Positions 1-13,013 of a stretch of DNA of 64,000 bases are shown here, piece after piece. Positions within the stretch are counted from its first letter, which is position 1; every line of letters begins with the position of its first letter. The notes under the pieces are model-generated. The model made no database searches and was not told the DNA's origin. It was given only the letters and a program-made list of their open reading frames with translations. Origin of the DNA: Felis catus. Lineage: Eukaryota. Position numbers and translations under genes: made by a program. The DNA is taken from positions 133,054,001-133,118,000 of the forward strand of contig NC_058368.1 in assembly GCF_018350175.1 (NCBI RefSeq), given 5' to 3'.

Positions 1-414
1 GAGACTTCCGAGTTAATGCAATTTGTGTTCGAAGATGTCCTAAAAGGCTGATGTAACTTCATTATCCGCGCATGACTGTTAAAAGCACTACCGCTATTAA
101 GCAATGAGAACGTCTTCTAACATGACTGTAATAGGATTTTCTGTTCTTTCAGGTCAGGTGGCAAAAGTTTAATGAGCAATTTAATTGCTTGAAGAATTCA
201 ATATGTCTTATTTTTTGCTTCAGGGGTTGGGTAACATTGGTTCAGATGAGATATGAGAGTTTTTACCTTCGGGGAAGAAAACCGCCTTAGAAATCATGTC
301 TTGGTTTTCCAGATCCTATATTGGGCCTAATTTCACTCCTTACTAATTACTCTTCATAAAAATCTACAAAACTTGGAGCTACATTTCATTTTAAAAATTA
401 CTCACTTTAGTCGA

Positions 415-842
415 GTGAGAGTCAACCACCACAAACTGGGTGGCTTAAGACAACAGGAAACCATCCTCAGAGCTCTAGTTCAGAGGCCAAGGGTCTGAGA
501 CCAAGGTGTTCTCAGCGCCATGCTCCCTCTGAAGGCTCCAGGGGAGCATCTGTCCCAGGCCTTTCTTTTAGCTTCTGCTGCTGCTGGCAGTCCTGGACTT
601 CCTTGGCTGATTGATACGTCACTCCAGGCTCTGTTCATTGTCATATGGCATTCTCCCTCTAAGTGCCCTGAGTCTCCTCTTTTAAGGACACTAGTCCCAT
701 TGGATTAAGCGTCCTGATTAGTCCAGTATGACCTCATCTTAACTAATTATATCTTCAGCAGCCCTATGTGTGACTAAGGTCACATCCACAGGGGTTAGGA
801 AATGAACATATCTTTTGGGGGGGATATAATTCTACATACAGC
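415..842 (-). mobile_element. MaLR solo LTR (MLT1B/C-like)
   Basis: Recalled MLT1 hallmarks: accacaaactgggtggcttaagacaacag, gccatgctccctctgaaggctc and catatcttttggggggga. Confidence 0.8.
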
Positions 843-949
843 ATGCAACCTTACTCCTATGAATACAAAAACACGAAGTAGTTATTAATTACCTTTCTGT
901 GGGGCTCTTTGAGTCAGGTGAAGGTGGGGTGTGAGGAATCCTCATTTAC

Positions 950-1369
950 ATCAATCATTCTTGTCCTCACAAAGCTTATGGAAAAACTGATGATAAATAA
1001 ATCACTTACGTATATTAGTCATAGTAGGTATTCATCAGAAAAAAAATAGATCTGTATAGGACACAGTTCACATAATGTGGTCAGGGGAGGCCTGAGGATA
1101 TACATGTGAACTGACAAAGGTTGAAATGAGCCAGTGATGGGAAAGGCAAGGAGAAAAACGTTCCAGGTGGAGGCAACAGCAAATAGTAAGGCTCCAGGGT
1201 GGGAAAGAGCTCAAAACTCCAGGTCCTGAAGGAACAAAGAGGGGAGATGAGAGAAGAGGAGATCGAAGATGTAGGCGGGGTCTTAACCTGATGGGCGATA
1301 CCTGCCTCCCCAGTTTTTTGTCCGCAACACTGCAGCTTAGAAATATGGGTACATAGATGTATATGTACC

Positions 1370-1401
<32 letters not shown>

Positions 1402-1560
1402 AGTGTATGGTAAAAAGAGAAGTTTTTAGTTATTTGGAGATGGCATCTCAGGATGCTAATGTATCATTTTAAAGCCATGAGAAATAGGTGAGATTTGAGG
1501 AAAGAGAGTAAAGGAGGAGAGTGGGAGCAAGCCCTAAACCGAGGCCAAACCAGGCAATCA
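950..1560 (-). mobile_element. L2 relic
   Basis: cgttccaggtggaggcaacagcaaatagtaaggctccagggtgggaaagagct and tttaaagccatgagaaataggtgagat are typical L2 phrases. Confidence 0.6.
1378..1401. repeat. (CA)n microsatellite
   Basis: Read directly from the sequence. Confidence 0.95.
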
Positions 1561-1654
1561 CTAAGTGTGTTAGTCACATTATTTTGTGCCTACCAGAGCG
1601 CACAGCGCCAATGCTACAGTGTGTAGTGAGCCGAGACTTGGCATCCCAGCAAAG

Positions 1655-1810
1655 CAGCATGTGAATTCTAGCCCTGATTTGTCCTAGCTGTGTGACTGGA
1701 GCAAGTCCTTAATCTCTCTGAACTGCTGTTTCCATATCTTTAAAGTGGGATCTGTATTACCTACTTCGCAGAGTAGGTTGTAGGTAGGCTTCACTCAGTA
1801 CTTGTTGGTT
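1655..1810 (+). mobile_element. MIR relic
   Basis: Core ctagctgtgtgactggagcaagtccttaatctctctgaactgctgtttccatatctttaaagtggg. Confidence 0.7.
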
Positions 1811-2100
1811 TCCTTTCCATTTCCCCCTGGGCGTGTATTTCAGGGCTTGGATGATGGGGGAAGCAGAGAGGGCAAGAGAAAAAGGTGCTTTAGAGCAACT
1901 TGAATTTATTTAGTGCCTTGCTTAACGCCATACAAATATCACATTATATATGATGTAGATACATAATTTAGTAGGTTGAGGGCTTCCTCTTCTGTTGAGG
2001 ATATGTGTGTTCCTTTGAATCAGGAGACTCCAATCTGTTGCCACCTGGGCCAGTCTCCTTTTCTGTATGCCATATGCCTGCTGGCATTCTTTAAAAAAAA

Positions 2101-2303
2101 ATTTTTTTTTTTTAATGTTTATTTCTGAGACAGAGAATGAGCGGGGGAGGGTCAGAGAGAGAGAGGGAGACACAGAATCCGAAGCAAGCTCCAGGCTCCG
2201 AGCTGTCAGCACAGAGCCCGACGCGGGGCTCGAACTCACAAACCATGAGATCATGACCCGAACCGAAGTCAGTTGCTCAACCGACTGAGCCATCCAGGTG
2301 CCC
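2101..2303 (-). mobile_element. CanSINE (SINEC_Fc-type)
   Basis: tRNA-derived head, (CT)n tract and A-tail on the minus strand. Confidence 0.95.
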
Positions 2304-2343
2304 GTATGCATTTTCATTTTATTGTGAGCTCTTTTTTAAAAAA

Positions 2344-2557
2344 ATTTTTTTAATGTTTTTGTTTTATTTTTGAGGGAGAGGGACACAAAGTGAGAGCAGG
2401 GGAGGGGCAGAGAGAGAGGGAGACACAGAATCTGAAGCAGGCTCCAGGCTCTGAGCTGTCAGCACAGAGGCCGACGCGGGGCTTGAACCCCTGAATTGCG
2501 AAATCATGACCTGAGCCAAAATATGACACTTAACCCACTGAGCCACCCGGGTGCCCC
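2344..2557 (-). mobile_element. CanSINE
   Basis: Full head, CT tract and tail. In tandem with the previous copy. Confidence 0.95.
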
Positions 2558-3243
2558 AGAGACAAGCTATTTCAAAGGGTAAGTGGCTAGTGTAAACAAG
2601 GGCACCAGGAGCTGATTCTGGAATTTTCCTCTTTTCTCCTGAGTTTCAGTAATCCAAAGTGTCTCCTAAAAATCCATCTTGCAGGCCCAGGATGATGTCT
2701 TCAGATGTTAAGCTGCTGAAATCAAAACCACAGAGATTATCACTTAAATAAAAGCAAGTTTCCTCCGCTTGTTTCAAGCTGAACAGCTCTCAACCCAGTG
2801 TGCCTCCTGTGAGTGTGTACGTGTGTGCGTGCATGTGTGCTGAAAGGCTTCTCTGAGGTAAAGTGAAGTTCATGAGCCGAGACGGAGCTGAGCTGTCCAA
2901 ATTGGTTTCAGATGAGGGCCTTTGTTAGTGGAGGCCACGCTCCTGCTATCCGTCTTGTTATTTTTTTCATTTTCTCTCTGAATTCATTTCTTGAGCTTGG
3001 GGCCTCAAAAATAACAAGCTTTTAAAATGACTGAGTATGCTCTCAGGCTCCACAGAACCCAGCACCACCTGCTTTGTGAAGCAGGACTCTGGGTCCTGTT
3101 TTCCAGACAAGTCCAGTAGAACAGTGGGAGGGACCCATGTCTGTTAGCGCTCTCAGCTGGAGGAGGAGGGAAATGAAGGTCAGGAGGGCAGGAAAGGCGT
3201 AGGGAAATGCTCATAAGTAATGGCTAAATTCTCAAGCATTGTC

Positions 3244-3463
3244 TTTATTATTTATTTATTTATTTAACATTTATTCATTTTTTTGAGAGAGAAAGAGCAC
3301 AAGCAGGGAGGGGCAGACAGAGAGGCAGACACAGAAGCAGAAGCAGGCTCCGGGCTCCCAAGCTGTCAGCTCAGAGCCCGATGTGGGGCTCAAACTCACA
3401 AACCGTGAGATTATGACCTGAGCCGAAGCCGGACGCTTAACCGACTGAGCCATCCAGTCTCCC
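3244..3463 (-). mobile_element. CanSINE
   Basis: Full structure with flanking tcaagc[a/g]tt repeat. Confidence 0.95.
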
Positions 3464-3913
3464 GTCAAGCGTTCTTGAGCAGTCTTCACATTGTACTGAA
3501 GTTTGAAATTGCTGGGCACATGCCTTTTGGTAATGGATTCCTCTTAGGTTCTTGCTCATTCTCTCTGGGACCACGGTATAGGCACCTGTGGGAAACTGCC
3601 AGGCACTCAGCCAGGCATGGCCTCCTAAGAGGGTTTGGTCTTCCTTAAGATCCGCCCCACCACAGTTTGCTCTAGACCAGAGTCAGAGTCAGAGTGAAGC
3701 CCAGCCCCAGGGCGCAGAGGAAATATTGCCCTTGCGGAAAGAATTGCTGTAACAAGGTCCTGAAGTGTCTGGATCTGGGTGCTGTGTGTGGACAGAGTGT
3801 GAAGGGTTGAACTGGGGCTGGGGAAAACTTACTGATGGGGGAGCCCCTTCTGGCAAAGACATCTAGGCGAGTCCTGATGGGCTGCTGGCTTGCTCTTTTG
3901 TTTTTTTCTCACC

Positions 3914-4121
3914 TTTATTTTTAATTTTTATTTCTTTTAATTTGGAGAGACAGAGAGAGAGAGAGAGCGCGTGCAAATGGGGGAAAGGGGCAAAGGGAGA
4001 GAGAGAGAGACTCTCAAGCAGGCTCCATGCTTAGCGGTGCTCCATCCCACGACTCTGGGATCATGACCTGTGCCAAAATCAAGAGTTGGATGCTCAACTG
4101 ATTGAGCCACCCTGGCGCCCC
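3914..4121 (-). mobile_element. CanSINE (older type)
   Basis: Full structure with degenerate TSD tggct[t/c]gct. Confidence 0.9.
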
Positions 4122-4929
4122 ATGGCTCGCTTTTTAAGACAAGGACAGAGTGATGGCCTATGGTTAACCAGCTGCAAAGCAGAGCTGCCTGAGAAGAGTT
4201 GAGCAGAGTGCTGAGCAAGGGCTCCAGAGCTCGGGGGCCAGGGGTGTTAGAAGGGATTTATTTGGCGAGGCCAGAGTACGTGCCCCCAACTATGTTCCTT
4301 GAGAGAACTCAAGAGCACTCCCTTCACCAAGCTGATGAAGGCGTGTACTGGGGAGGAGGGGCTGGGCATTCCTGAGAAGCTCAGGGAAGGCTGCAGGTGA
4401 CCTGCTTCCACCGAACTGGCCCCTCCAGTATCACTGGGGATGACAGAGTCACCAAATGGCAGACGTGAAGTGGATGGAACTAACCTAATAGGCAGGGGAA
4501 AGTCAACGCTGGTTTATAATGATAAAGACCATAGAGAGGTGCTTCAGCACCCAAGGGTCGAAGTTATAAAGTGAATGTTCTCTTCTTTTTCTGCAAATCA
4601 CTGTTGACAGTCTGGTGCTTGTGCTTCCGTGACAACCTGGAGGAAGCTGGCTTGTGGAGGGAGTAAGTGAGGCCGACACCCATTGGTGAGTACAGCTGAG
4701 GGAAGGGGACAGAGACAAATGGAAGGTATTTTTAGTGCTTAGGTCCAATCATACCTGAGGCTGGCAGCAGCCCTGGGAGTTCCAGTTATGAGAGCCGATG
4801 AAGTCCCTTCATTTGTGACTCAGCTAATTTGAATTCGGTTTCAGCTCCTTTCATTGGAAGAGGCCCCTCCTGATGCAGGCCATATCTGTCTTTACATCCC
4901 ACGTTCCCTTCTCCTTCTTTCTTTCTTTC

Positions 4930-5141
4930 TTTTTAAATATTTATTTATTTATTTTGAGAGAGAGAGAGAGAGAGACAGCGTGAGTGGAGGAGGGACACAG
5001 AGAGAGACACAGCATCCGAAGCAGGCTCCAGGTTCTGAGCTGTCAGCACAGAGCCCAATGCAGGGCTTGAACCCACAAACTGTGAGATCATGACCTGATC
5101 CAAAGTCGGATGCTTAACCGACAGAGCCACCGAGGCGTCCC
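4930..5141 (-). mobile_element. CanSINE
   Basis: Full structure. Head-to-head with the next copy. Confidence 0.95.
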
Positions 5142-5163
5142 TCTCCTTTAAATATATACCCTG

Positions 5164-5338
5164 GGGGTGCCTGGGTGGCTCAGTCAGTTAAGCATCCGAC
5201 TGCAGCTTTGGTCATGATCTCATGCTTCCTGGGTTCCAGTTCTGTATCAGACTCCCCGCTCTCAGTGTAGAACCCACTTTAGATCCTCTGTCCCCCTCTC
5301 TCTCTGCCCTTCCCCCACTTTCTTTCTCCCTCTCTCAA

Positions 5339-5389
<51 letters not shown>
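5164..5389 (+). mobile_element. CanSINE with (AT)n tail
   Basis: Head ggggtgcctgggtggctcag, (AT)n at 5343-5389, TSD ataccctg. Confidence 0.95.
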
Positions 5390-5393
<4 letters not shown>

Positions 5394-5572
5394 CCCTGTG
5401 TGTTCTAGGCACGCTCTGCTCCCCACGACTTGGCCCCTTTCCTGTGTCCTTGCCTTCTCAACGTGGAATATCATCTGTTCCCCATCCTCTCCGATCCCAT
5501 TTCTCCAAGTCCAAATCCACTTCCACAATGCCCAATGCAATGGGTCTCCTCCATGAAAAGTTCTCTCAGATA

Positions 5573-5791
5573 TTGTCTTAAGCTGCATGGCCTGCTATAA
5601 CAAACTATCACAGACTGGGTGACTTCTAAAAACAGAAATTTGGGGCACCTGGGTGTCTCAGTCAGTTAAGCGTCCAACTCTTGGTTTCATCTCGGGTCAT
5701 GATCTCGTTCATGAGTTCAAGCCCCACATTGTGCACTGCGTGTGGAACCTGCTTGGGATTCTCTCCCTCCCTCTCTCTCTACCCCTCCCCT

Positions 5792-5852
<61 letters not shown>

Positions 5853-6165
5853 ATAAGTAAATAAACATTAAAAAAAAAAAAAAACCCTAGAAGTTTCTCA
5901 CAGTTCTAGAGGCTAGGAAGTCCAAGATCAAGGTGCTGGCATGGGCTGGTACAGGCTCTCTTCCCAGTTCCTAACTGATACCTTCTTATTGTATCTTTAC
6001 TTGGTAGAAGAGGCTGGGGTCTCTCTGCAGCCTGATTTATAAGGGGGATAATCCCACTTAGGAGTGCTCCACCTTTATGGCTTAAGTCCCACCACCTGAT
6101 ACCATCATCTTTGTGGGATAGGATTTCAACATATGAATTGGGATGGGCACATTCAGAGCACGGTA
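5573..6165 (-). mobile_element. MaLR solo LTR (MLT1A-like) interrupted by a CanSINE
   Basis: tgctataacaaactatcacagactgggtg, ctcacagttctagaggctaggaagtccaagatcaaggtgctggca and ggatttcaacatatgaatt. Confidence 0.8.
5642..5884 (+). mobile_element. CanSINE with expanded (CT)n, inside an MLT1 LTR
   Basis: Head ggggcacctgggtg, (CT)n at about 5795-5849, poly-A. Confidence 0.95.
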
Positions 6166-6765
6166 GATATTATAGTTAAATGGTTAGATACTGTTCCTTT
6201 CTGTGGGCTCTGCAGCTTGGTCTAAAACATTTCAAAGTAACAAGCACGTATGGTGATTAGAGAGCTGTGGTCTTTCAGAAGTGGATACACTGTGCTCTGG
6301 CAGGACCTGCCCACAGAGCCCCAAGACGAAACAAGCATCACACCATTTATCATAAAAATTGATTTTTCTCCACAATGTATTGCTAAGATATATCCATCTT
6401 ACTTTGAACTTGGAATGTGCTGCAGCACAAAAATCACAATAAGCATTTAGCAGCAAGGTCAGTCGAAGGTATTGATGCTCAGAAACATAAATTGTTTCAC
6501 TCTGATCTTAGAATCAAGAATGGTTCTTGGTTTGCACAAAACTCTCTCCAGGTTTGCACAAAACTCTCTCCGACTATCTCAGCCTTTTTGTTGAACATTA
6601 TTTGGGAGGAGGTTTAAGGGCCATAGTCCAGACCCACGAGTTCACAAACCTTTTTTTACTGGCTTGTACTAATTTTGGATTCATGAGTTGAACTCAGTAT
6701 CAAAATATAGCAAACCAGCCCAGTTTTGTCAGCTATAGAATTAGAATATTAAAGAAGAGGCACGA

Positions 6766-6970
6766 GGGTGCCTGGGTGGCTGGGTTGGGCATCTGACTCT
6801 TGGTTTCAGCTCAGGTCATGATCTCGCGGTTTATGAATTTGAGCTCCCCCATCGGGCTTTGTGCCCCTGGAGCCTGCTTTGGATTCTGTGTCTCCCTTTC
6901 TCTCTGCCCCTCCCCCGCTTGCATTCTGTCTCTCTCTCAAAAATAAATAAACATTAAAAAAAATCTTAAA
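6766..6970 (+). mobile_element. CanSINE
   Basis: Full structure. Its tail hosts the next SINE. Confidence 0.9.
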
Positions 6971-7234
6971 GGGACGCCTGGGTGGCGCAGTCGGTTAAGC
7001 GTCCAACTTCAGCCAGGTCACGATCTCGCGGTCCGTGAGTTCGAGTCCCGCGTCAGGCTCTGGGCTGATGGCTCGGAGCCTGGAGCCTGTTTCCGATTCT
7101 GTGTCTCCCTCTCTCTCTGCCCCTCCCCCATTCATGCTCTGTCTCTCTCTGTCCCAAAAATAAATAAAAATGTTGAAAAAAAAATTTAAAAAAAATAAAT
7201 AAAATAAGAAAAAAATAAAAAATAAAAAAAAATT
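6971..7234 (+). mobile_element. Young CanSINE inserted in the tail of the previous copy
   Basis: TSD aaaaaaaatcttaaa at 6956-6970 and 7235-7249. CpGs intact, long tail. Confidence 0.95.
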
Positions 7235-7631
7235 AAAAAAAATCTTAAAAAAAAAAAAAAAAGAGTTGGTTGCTTAATCGCCTGAGCCATCCAGGTGCCC
7301 CAATGATGTTCTTATTCTAATATCACCACCACACAAATCCCTTTACCTTCCTCCCCCTATGCTGTAATGATCTATATGACATCTACATCCAACAAAATCT
7401 CATCAGACAATGTTACAATTTTTGTGTTCAACTGCCATATATATTTTAAAGAACTCAAGAGGAGAATAATAGTCTATTATATTTGCCATCTTGTTTCCAT
7501 TCCTTTGTTTCCTTTGGGTATTGTTTCCCCACTGTTTGAACAACTTAATGAATTCTCTTAGTTTCTCTTAGTGTGAGAATGCCTTCTCTCCTGAGAGATG
7601 TTACCCTGGATATAGAATCCTGACAGTTCTA

Positions 7632-7855
7632 GGGGCATCTGGGTGGCTCAGTTGGTTAAGTGTCTGACTTCGGCTCAGGTCATGATCTCATGCTTCATGG
7701 GTTCAGGCCCCACCTTGGGCTCCAAGCTGACGGCATGGAGCCTGCTTGGGATTCTCTCTCTTTCTCTCTCTCTCTGCCCCTCCCGTGTTCTCTCTCTCTC
7801 AAAATAAATTAAAAAGAAAAAAAAACTTAAAAAAAAATCTATACATATAAAAAAA
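7632..7855 (+). mobile_element. CanSINE
   Basis: Full structure with degenerate TSD agaa[t/c]cctga. Confidence 0.93.
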
Positions 7856-8534
7856 GAACCCTGATGATTTTTTTCTTTCAGACTTCCAAAATATTGACCT
7901 CTTCTTTCCAGCCTCCAGGGCCTCGGAGAAGTCGTCTGCACTTACTCAAGACATTTTCTTTGCCTTTAGTTTCCAGCAGCTTATGATGCGTCTGGCTGAT
8001 TTTTTTGGGTTCATCCCATTGGAGTTGCTGACCTTCTTGAATTGGTAGGTTTGTGTCTTTCACCAAATTCAGGAAATGTTCAGCTATTGTTTCTTCAAAA
8101 AAAATTCTTTTATAGCCCACTCTATTCCTCTCCTCCTGTGACTCTGATGACATGAATGCTTTTAGACCTTTTGGTATTTCGTCTTTTATTCTCTTTGTTG
8201 CTCTAATTGTATAGTTTCTACTGGCATGTTCTTACGTGCACTGGCCCTTTCCTCTGTCATCTCCATTCTGCCAATAAGCCCCTTCCATGAGTTTTGTTTG
8301 TTTGAGATTTTCCATTTGGCTCTTCTTCCTGTCTTCTATTTCTTTGCTGATACTTTCTTTTGTTCATTTCAAGAATGCTCATCCTCCTGGGTGCAGGAAT
8401 TCTGTAATAGCTGTTGTAAAGTCTAAATCGGATAATTGCAACGTCTATTTTGTTTTGTTTTTGTTTTGGTATTGAGTTGTATGAGTTCTTTCTATATTTT
8501 GCATGTTATCTCCTTATTAAAGATATCATTTGTT

Positions 8535-8738
8535 GGGGCACCTGGGTGGCTCGGTTGATTAAGCATCCGACTCTTGGTTTCGGCTCAGGTCATGATCTCT
8601 TGGGTTCAAGCCCGCATCGGGTTCAGCACTGACAGTGTAGAGCCTGCTTGGGATTCTCTGTGCCCCCTTCTCTGCTCCTCCCCTACTCACACACACTCTC
8701 TCTCTCTCTTTCAAAAATAAATAAATAAACTAAACAAA
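8535..8738 (+). mobile_element. CanSINE
   Basis: TSD aaagatatcatt. Confidence 0.93.
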
Positions 8739-10293
8739 AAAGATATCATTGGCAAATGTCTTCTCCCCTTCAGTAGGTTGCCTTTCCATTTTGTTGATGG
8801 CTTCCTTCCCTGCACACAAAAGCTTTTTAGTTTGATGTAGTCCCTAGTCTGAGGAGATGGATCATGAAAAGTGTTGGTAAGGCTGATGTCCAAGAGGTTA
8901 CAGGCTGCAAGTTCTCAAGCAGCATTTTGTGGGATGTGGTTTCAATGCCGGTTCATTTTCAAACCTTTGCAGGGCTATTTAGATCTGTCCCATGTGTGTG
9001 CCATCAGCCTGACACTTGGGTGGTGGTTTATCTCATAGCGCAGCTCTCCAAGTCATTGTTATGCTGGTTAGGATTAAGTCCGTGCATGGGCAGCTTGGCA
9101 GTAAGTCCAGGGGTCATCAAGAGCTCGATGGGACTGATTTTCCAAGCTCCTTTCTCTCTGTGACTCCTTCAGTTCTTGCCAGTTCCCCCGGGAGTCATCT
9201 ATCTGCTACTTCCCACAGAAAGCTGTGGCTTTATTTACCTTGCTCTAAGTGCACGCCCCCAAGTGTGTTAGCCTAATGGACTGAGCACTGAGTAGAGACA
9301 CAGAGATAAAAAAGCAATGGAATCTGCTCTGTTCGTTTGGGAATACAGCTCTCTGATTACAGAAGAAGTTTCTCCCCCAGAGTTTTAGGTGTCTGCAGAC
9401 TGCTTTTGCCAATACTGTCGCTACCAAGAGACTCCATTTACTGCTCCTAGAGCCGGCTGTCTGCTGGATGGACTGGGGCTCCTCCTCCAGCAACCCCCGC
9501 CCCCCAACACCTCCGCATGCAGGCAAGGGCATGCAGGAGTGAAGCCAAATGGTAAGCTCTCTGCTGGCTCAGGGATTCTTCAAAGGCTGATCTTCTTCCC
9601 TAACCCTCCTGCTACTCTATCAGATCGCTGGGCCTGGAGTTATGTCCAGGTTTAGTAACTGCATTCTGTGGGGGAGAGACAGGGGTGGACCGCCTATCCC
9701 ATTTACCCCAGATCTGCAACCCTACTATTCAGGGATAAACACTGTTAGTATTTTGGTCTTTTCTTCCAGTGTGTTTTCTTTGTGAACATACACACGAAAT
9801 TGGAACCACACCCTGTGTATAGTTTAGTAGTTTAGTTTTTACAATATCATTGTGAGACTTTCCCCAAATATTAACATAGGAGTAAAATATTTTAAATCTG
9901 ACTTCAAAGTGTTACGTACTTATTGTTGAAATACTGGGTAAAGGAGAAAATCATAAACAATAAAATAAAAAGGATGTGTAGTCCCACCACCAGAAAGAAG
10001 TGTGAACATTTTGATGTATGCCCTTCCAGGCTTCTAAATACTTTCTGGATATAAATTAATGTACACACTACTTTGAGACTTTTTTTTGAACTTGGTAACA
10101 CTGTGAATATTTTCCATACTAATTAATAATCTTCTTCAGCACATTTTGAAGGGCTGTGTTGTAATCCATTACATGGATGTACCAGAATATATCCTAATGT
10201 ACTTAAATAACCAGAATTCGTTGTAAATTTGTAATTCGTTGTAAATTTAAGTTGCTCATACTTTTTTTTAGCATTCATAGAAATGACTCTTTT

Positions 10294-10518
10294 TTTTTTT
10301 TTTAATTTTTTTTTAACGTTTATTTTATTTTTGAGACAGAGAGAGACAGAGCCTGAACGGGGGAGGGTCAGAGAGAGAGGGATACACAGAATCTGAAACA
10401 GGCTCCAGGCTCTGAGCAGTCAGCACAGAGCCCGACGCGGGGCTCGAACTCACATACCGCGAGATCGTGACCTGAGCCGAAGTCGGACACTTAACCGACT
10501 GCGCCACCCAGGCGCCCC
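10294..10518 (-). mobile_element. CanSINE (young)
   Basis: Perfect TSD gaaatgactctttt at 10280 and 10519. Confidence 0.96.
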
Positions 10519-10701
10519 GAAATGACTCTTTTTGTACATCTCTGTTTTTATCCTTAGGATAAATCCTAGCATATTATTTCTAGGCCAGACGTTTTACACA
10601 TGTTGCCAAGTTGTCCTTGGAAGAGATCATACCTATTTAGAATATTAACATACCCCTACACTTATGCCAAATTAGTTATCACCATTTAAATATATATTCT
10701 A

Positions 10702-10915
10702 GGGGTGCCTGGGTGATTCAGCTGGTTGAGCGCTGACTTTGGCTCTGGTCATGATATCACAATTCTTGGGTTTGAGCCCTGCATTGGGCTCTGTGCTGAC
10801 AGCTCAGAGCCTGGAGCCTGCTTCAGAATCTGTGCCTCCCTCTCTCTCTGCCCTTCCCCTGCTCCTGCTCTGTCTCTGTCTCTCTCAAAAAAAAATAAAA
10901 TAAAAAAATAAAAAT
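10702..10915 (+). mobile_element. CanSINE
   Basis: TSD atatatattcta. Confidence 0.93.
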
Positions 10916-11244
10916 ACATATATATTCTAATTTGATAGGTTAACATAGGCTATTAATCAATTCCATTCCATTACTATTTTGTATATACTATTGAAAATAT
11001 TTTATGATTAAATAATATTTCACAGTGTGATGGAACATTCTTTTATAATTGGACATTTTTTTGTACTATTCTACATAATTGTCCCACAAATCTATGTCTC
11101 TATCTTTATTGATAATATTGGTGTTATCTAATATTGGTATATTTGTATCTATCATCTACCTAGCGTAGCTTTTCCTACAGCTCTCTTTACTGTAGATTTA
11201 CTGAGTGAGCTTATTGGGTCAAAGATTATTCAATTTTACCCTTT

Positions 11245-11398
11245 TATATATGTAAATATATATATATATGAGAGTAAAATGTATATTATTGTATATATAA
11301 TATACATATTTATATATATATACATAAATATACATATTTATATATATATAATATATATAAAAAGAGAGAGAGAGAGAAGCTGGGGGAGTGAGAAAAAG
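11245..11398. repeat. Imperfect (TA)n tract followed by (AG)n
   Basis: Read directly from the sequence. Confidence 0.9.
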
Positions 11399-11423
11399 AG
11401 AGAGAAGCCTGGAGGCTATTTCT

Positions 11424-11637
11424 TTTAAAAAAATTTTTTAAACGTTTATTTATTTTTGAGAGAGAGAGAGTACAAGCAGGGGAAGGGCAGAGAGAGAGGG
11501 AGACACAGAATCCAAAGCAGGCTCCAGGCTCTGAGCTGTCAGCATAGATACCAACACGGGGCTCGAATCCAAGAACTGTGAGATCATGACTTGAGCTGAA
11601 GTCAGATGCTCAACCCACTGAGCCACCCAGGCGCCCC
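11424..11637 (-). mobile_element. CanSINE
   Basis: TSD aggctatttc. Confidence 0.95.
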
Positions 11638-12067
11638 AAGGCTATTTCAAAATCTAGCCTTGGGCATGGTGTCTTGGGTCATTACAGTAGCAGTGGCTTC
11701 AGGGACAGAAGAATGTAGATGTGTCTGGAATATAGAGCCCATATGATTTCCCCATACACCGGATGTGGGGGTGGTGAGTCAGTCTCCACAGGGTGGACAG
11801 AGAGACCTTTCTACAGTGTAAATTTCAAGAGTAAACAGCCTAAAACCCTTCAAGAGCTCCCCCTCATTCACCAAGAATAAATGTCAAGGTTAAACTTTAA
11901 CAGAAACATTCTGGGCCCTCCATAATCCAGCCCGAGGCTGTTGTCATCTCGCCATTTTGTGTTTTACACCCTAGTCACAATCAAACATTGACCTCTCCCC
12001 CTGTATCTCTACACCCTGTATGAGTCAGCGCCTGCATTTTTTTCCTTCTAAAGTCTTTCCCAATTCT

Positions 12068-12520
12068 TGGTATGTTAGTTTCCTGTTCCTCCTGAGGAAA
12101 CTGACACAAATCTTGTGGTTTAAAACAACAGAAATGTGTCCTCTGGTGGTTCTGCAGGCCAGAGTCCTAATCAAGGTGTTGGCAGGGCTTTGCTCCCTCT
12201 GGGGGTTCAGGGGGTGGGGGTGGGAGGACTTTTCCTTCACTTTCTTACTTTTAGTGACTGTCGCCATTCCAAGGCTGGGTGCCTCATCCAATTTCCTCTG
12301 TCCTCACTTGGTCTTCTTTTCTGTGTGTGACAAATCTCCCTCTGCCTCCTTTTTACAAGGACGCTTATGATCAGAGTTTGGGCACAGTAGGACAATCCAG
12401 GGTAATCCCCCACATCCAGATCCTTAACTCAATCCCATCTTTGAAGACCCTTCTTCCTTATAAGGTGGCATTTCCAGGTCTCAGGGGCTGGGGCCTGCCA
12501 TCTTTGAATAGCCATTGGCT
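12068..12520 (-). mobile_element. MaLR solo LTR (MLT1-type)
   Basis: ggtttaaaacaacagaaatg, atcaaggtgttggcagggct and atccttaactcaatcccatctttgaagaccct. Confidence 0.75.
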
Positions 12521-13013
12521 ACACTTGTTGGAGGCCCTTAATGAGGTGAGTTCTGGCACAGAGTTCCTTCCTCTGCAGCGCTTACACACTCGCTCTTATG
12601 ACCCGTTTTCCAGCGGGTGTTCACACACAGGTGTTCCCTCTACACTTTGCTCCTCAAAGCCCGGTATCATGCCCAATTACCGATCACTGTTTTTCTCATC
12701 ACAGCTGATGGTCAGGGCACAGTGATGGGTGAGTGAACGAAGATTCATGCAGCAGGGTCTGTAACTGCTATGTGCTCTTGAGACTTAATCATCTTAGGAA
12801 AATTAAAGTAGGATTGGATTCCTCAGACATCTGCTCAGTGGCTTTCCTGTTTTCTTTTCATGTCCGGCTGTTGAATTAGATTATCTCCACTCAACAAACC
12901 TGCTCAGTCTGGCCTTGGGCCCAGTTATAGCCCTTGATAAACATAGCTATTGTTGGATAGAAGGAGGATATATGTTGTCCTTTAACTGGTGTATGGAATC
13001 TAGAATTTAGTAT

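Larger units (their letters stand above)
7310..9700 (-). mobile_element. Ancient L1M-type relic (ORF1/5' region), with an L1 ORF2 fragment (~8450-8850) and SINEs inside
   Basis: ORF 7878-8153 (EETIAEHFLNLVKDTNLPIQEGQQ) resembles L1 ORF1. ORF 8711-8893 contains DYIKLKSFC, which is ORF2-like. Boundaries are approximate. Confidence 0.65.
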
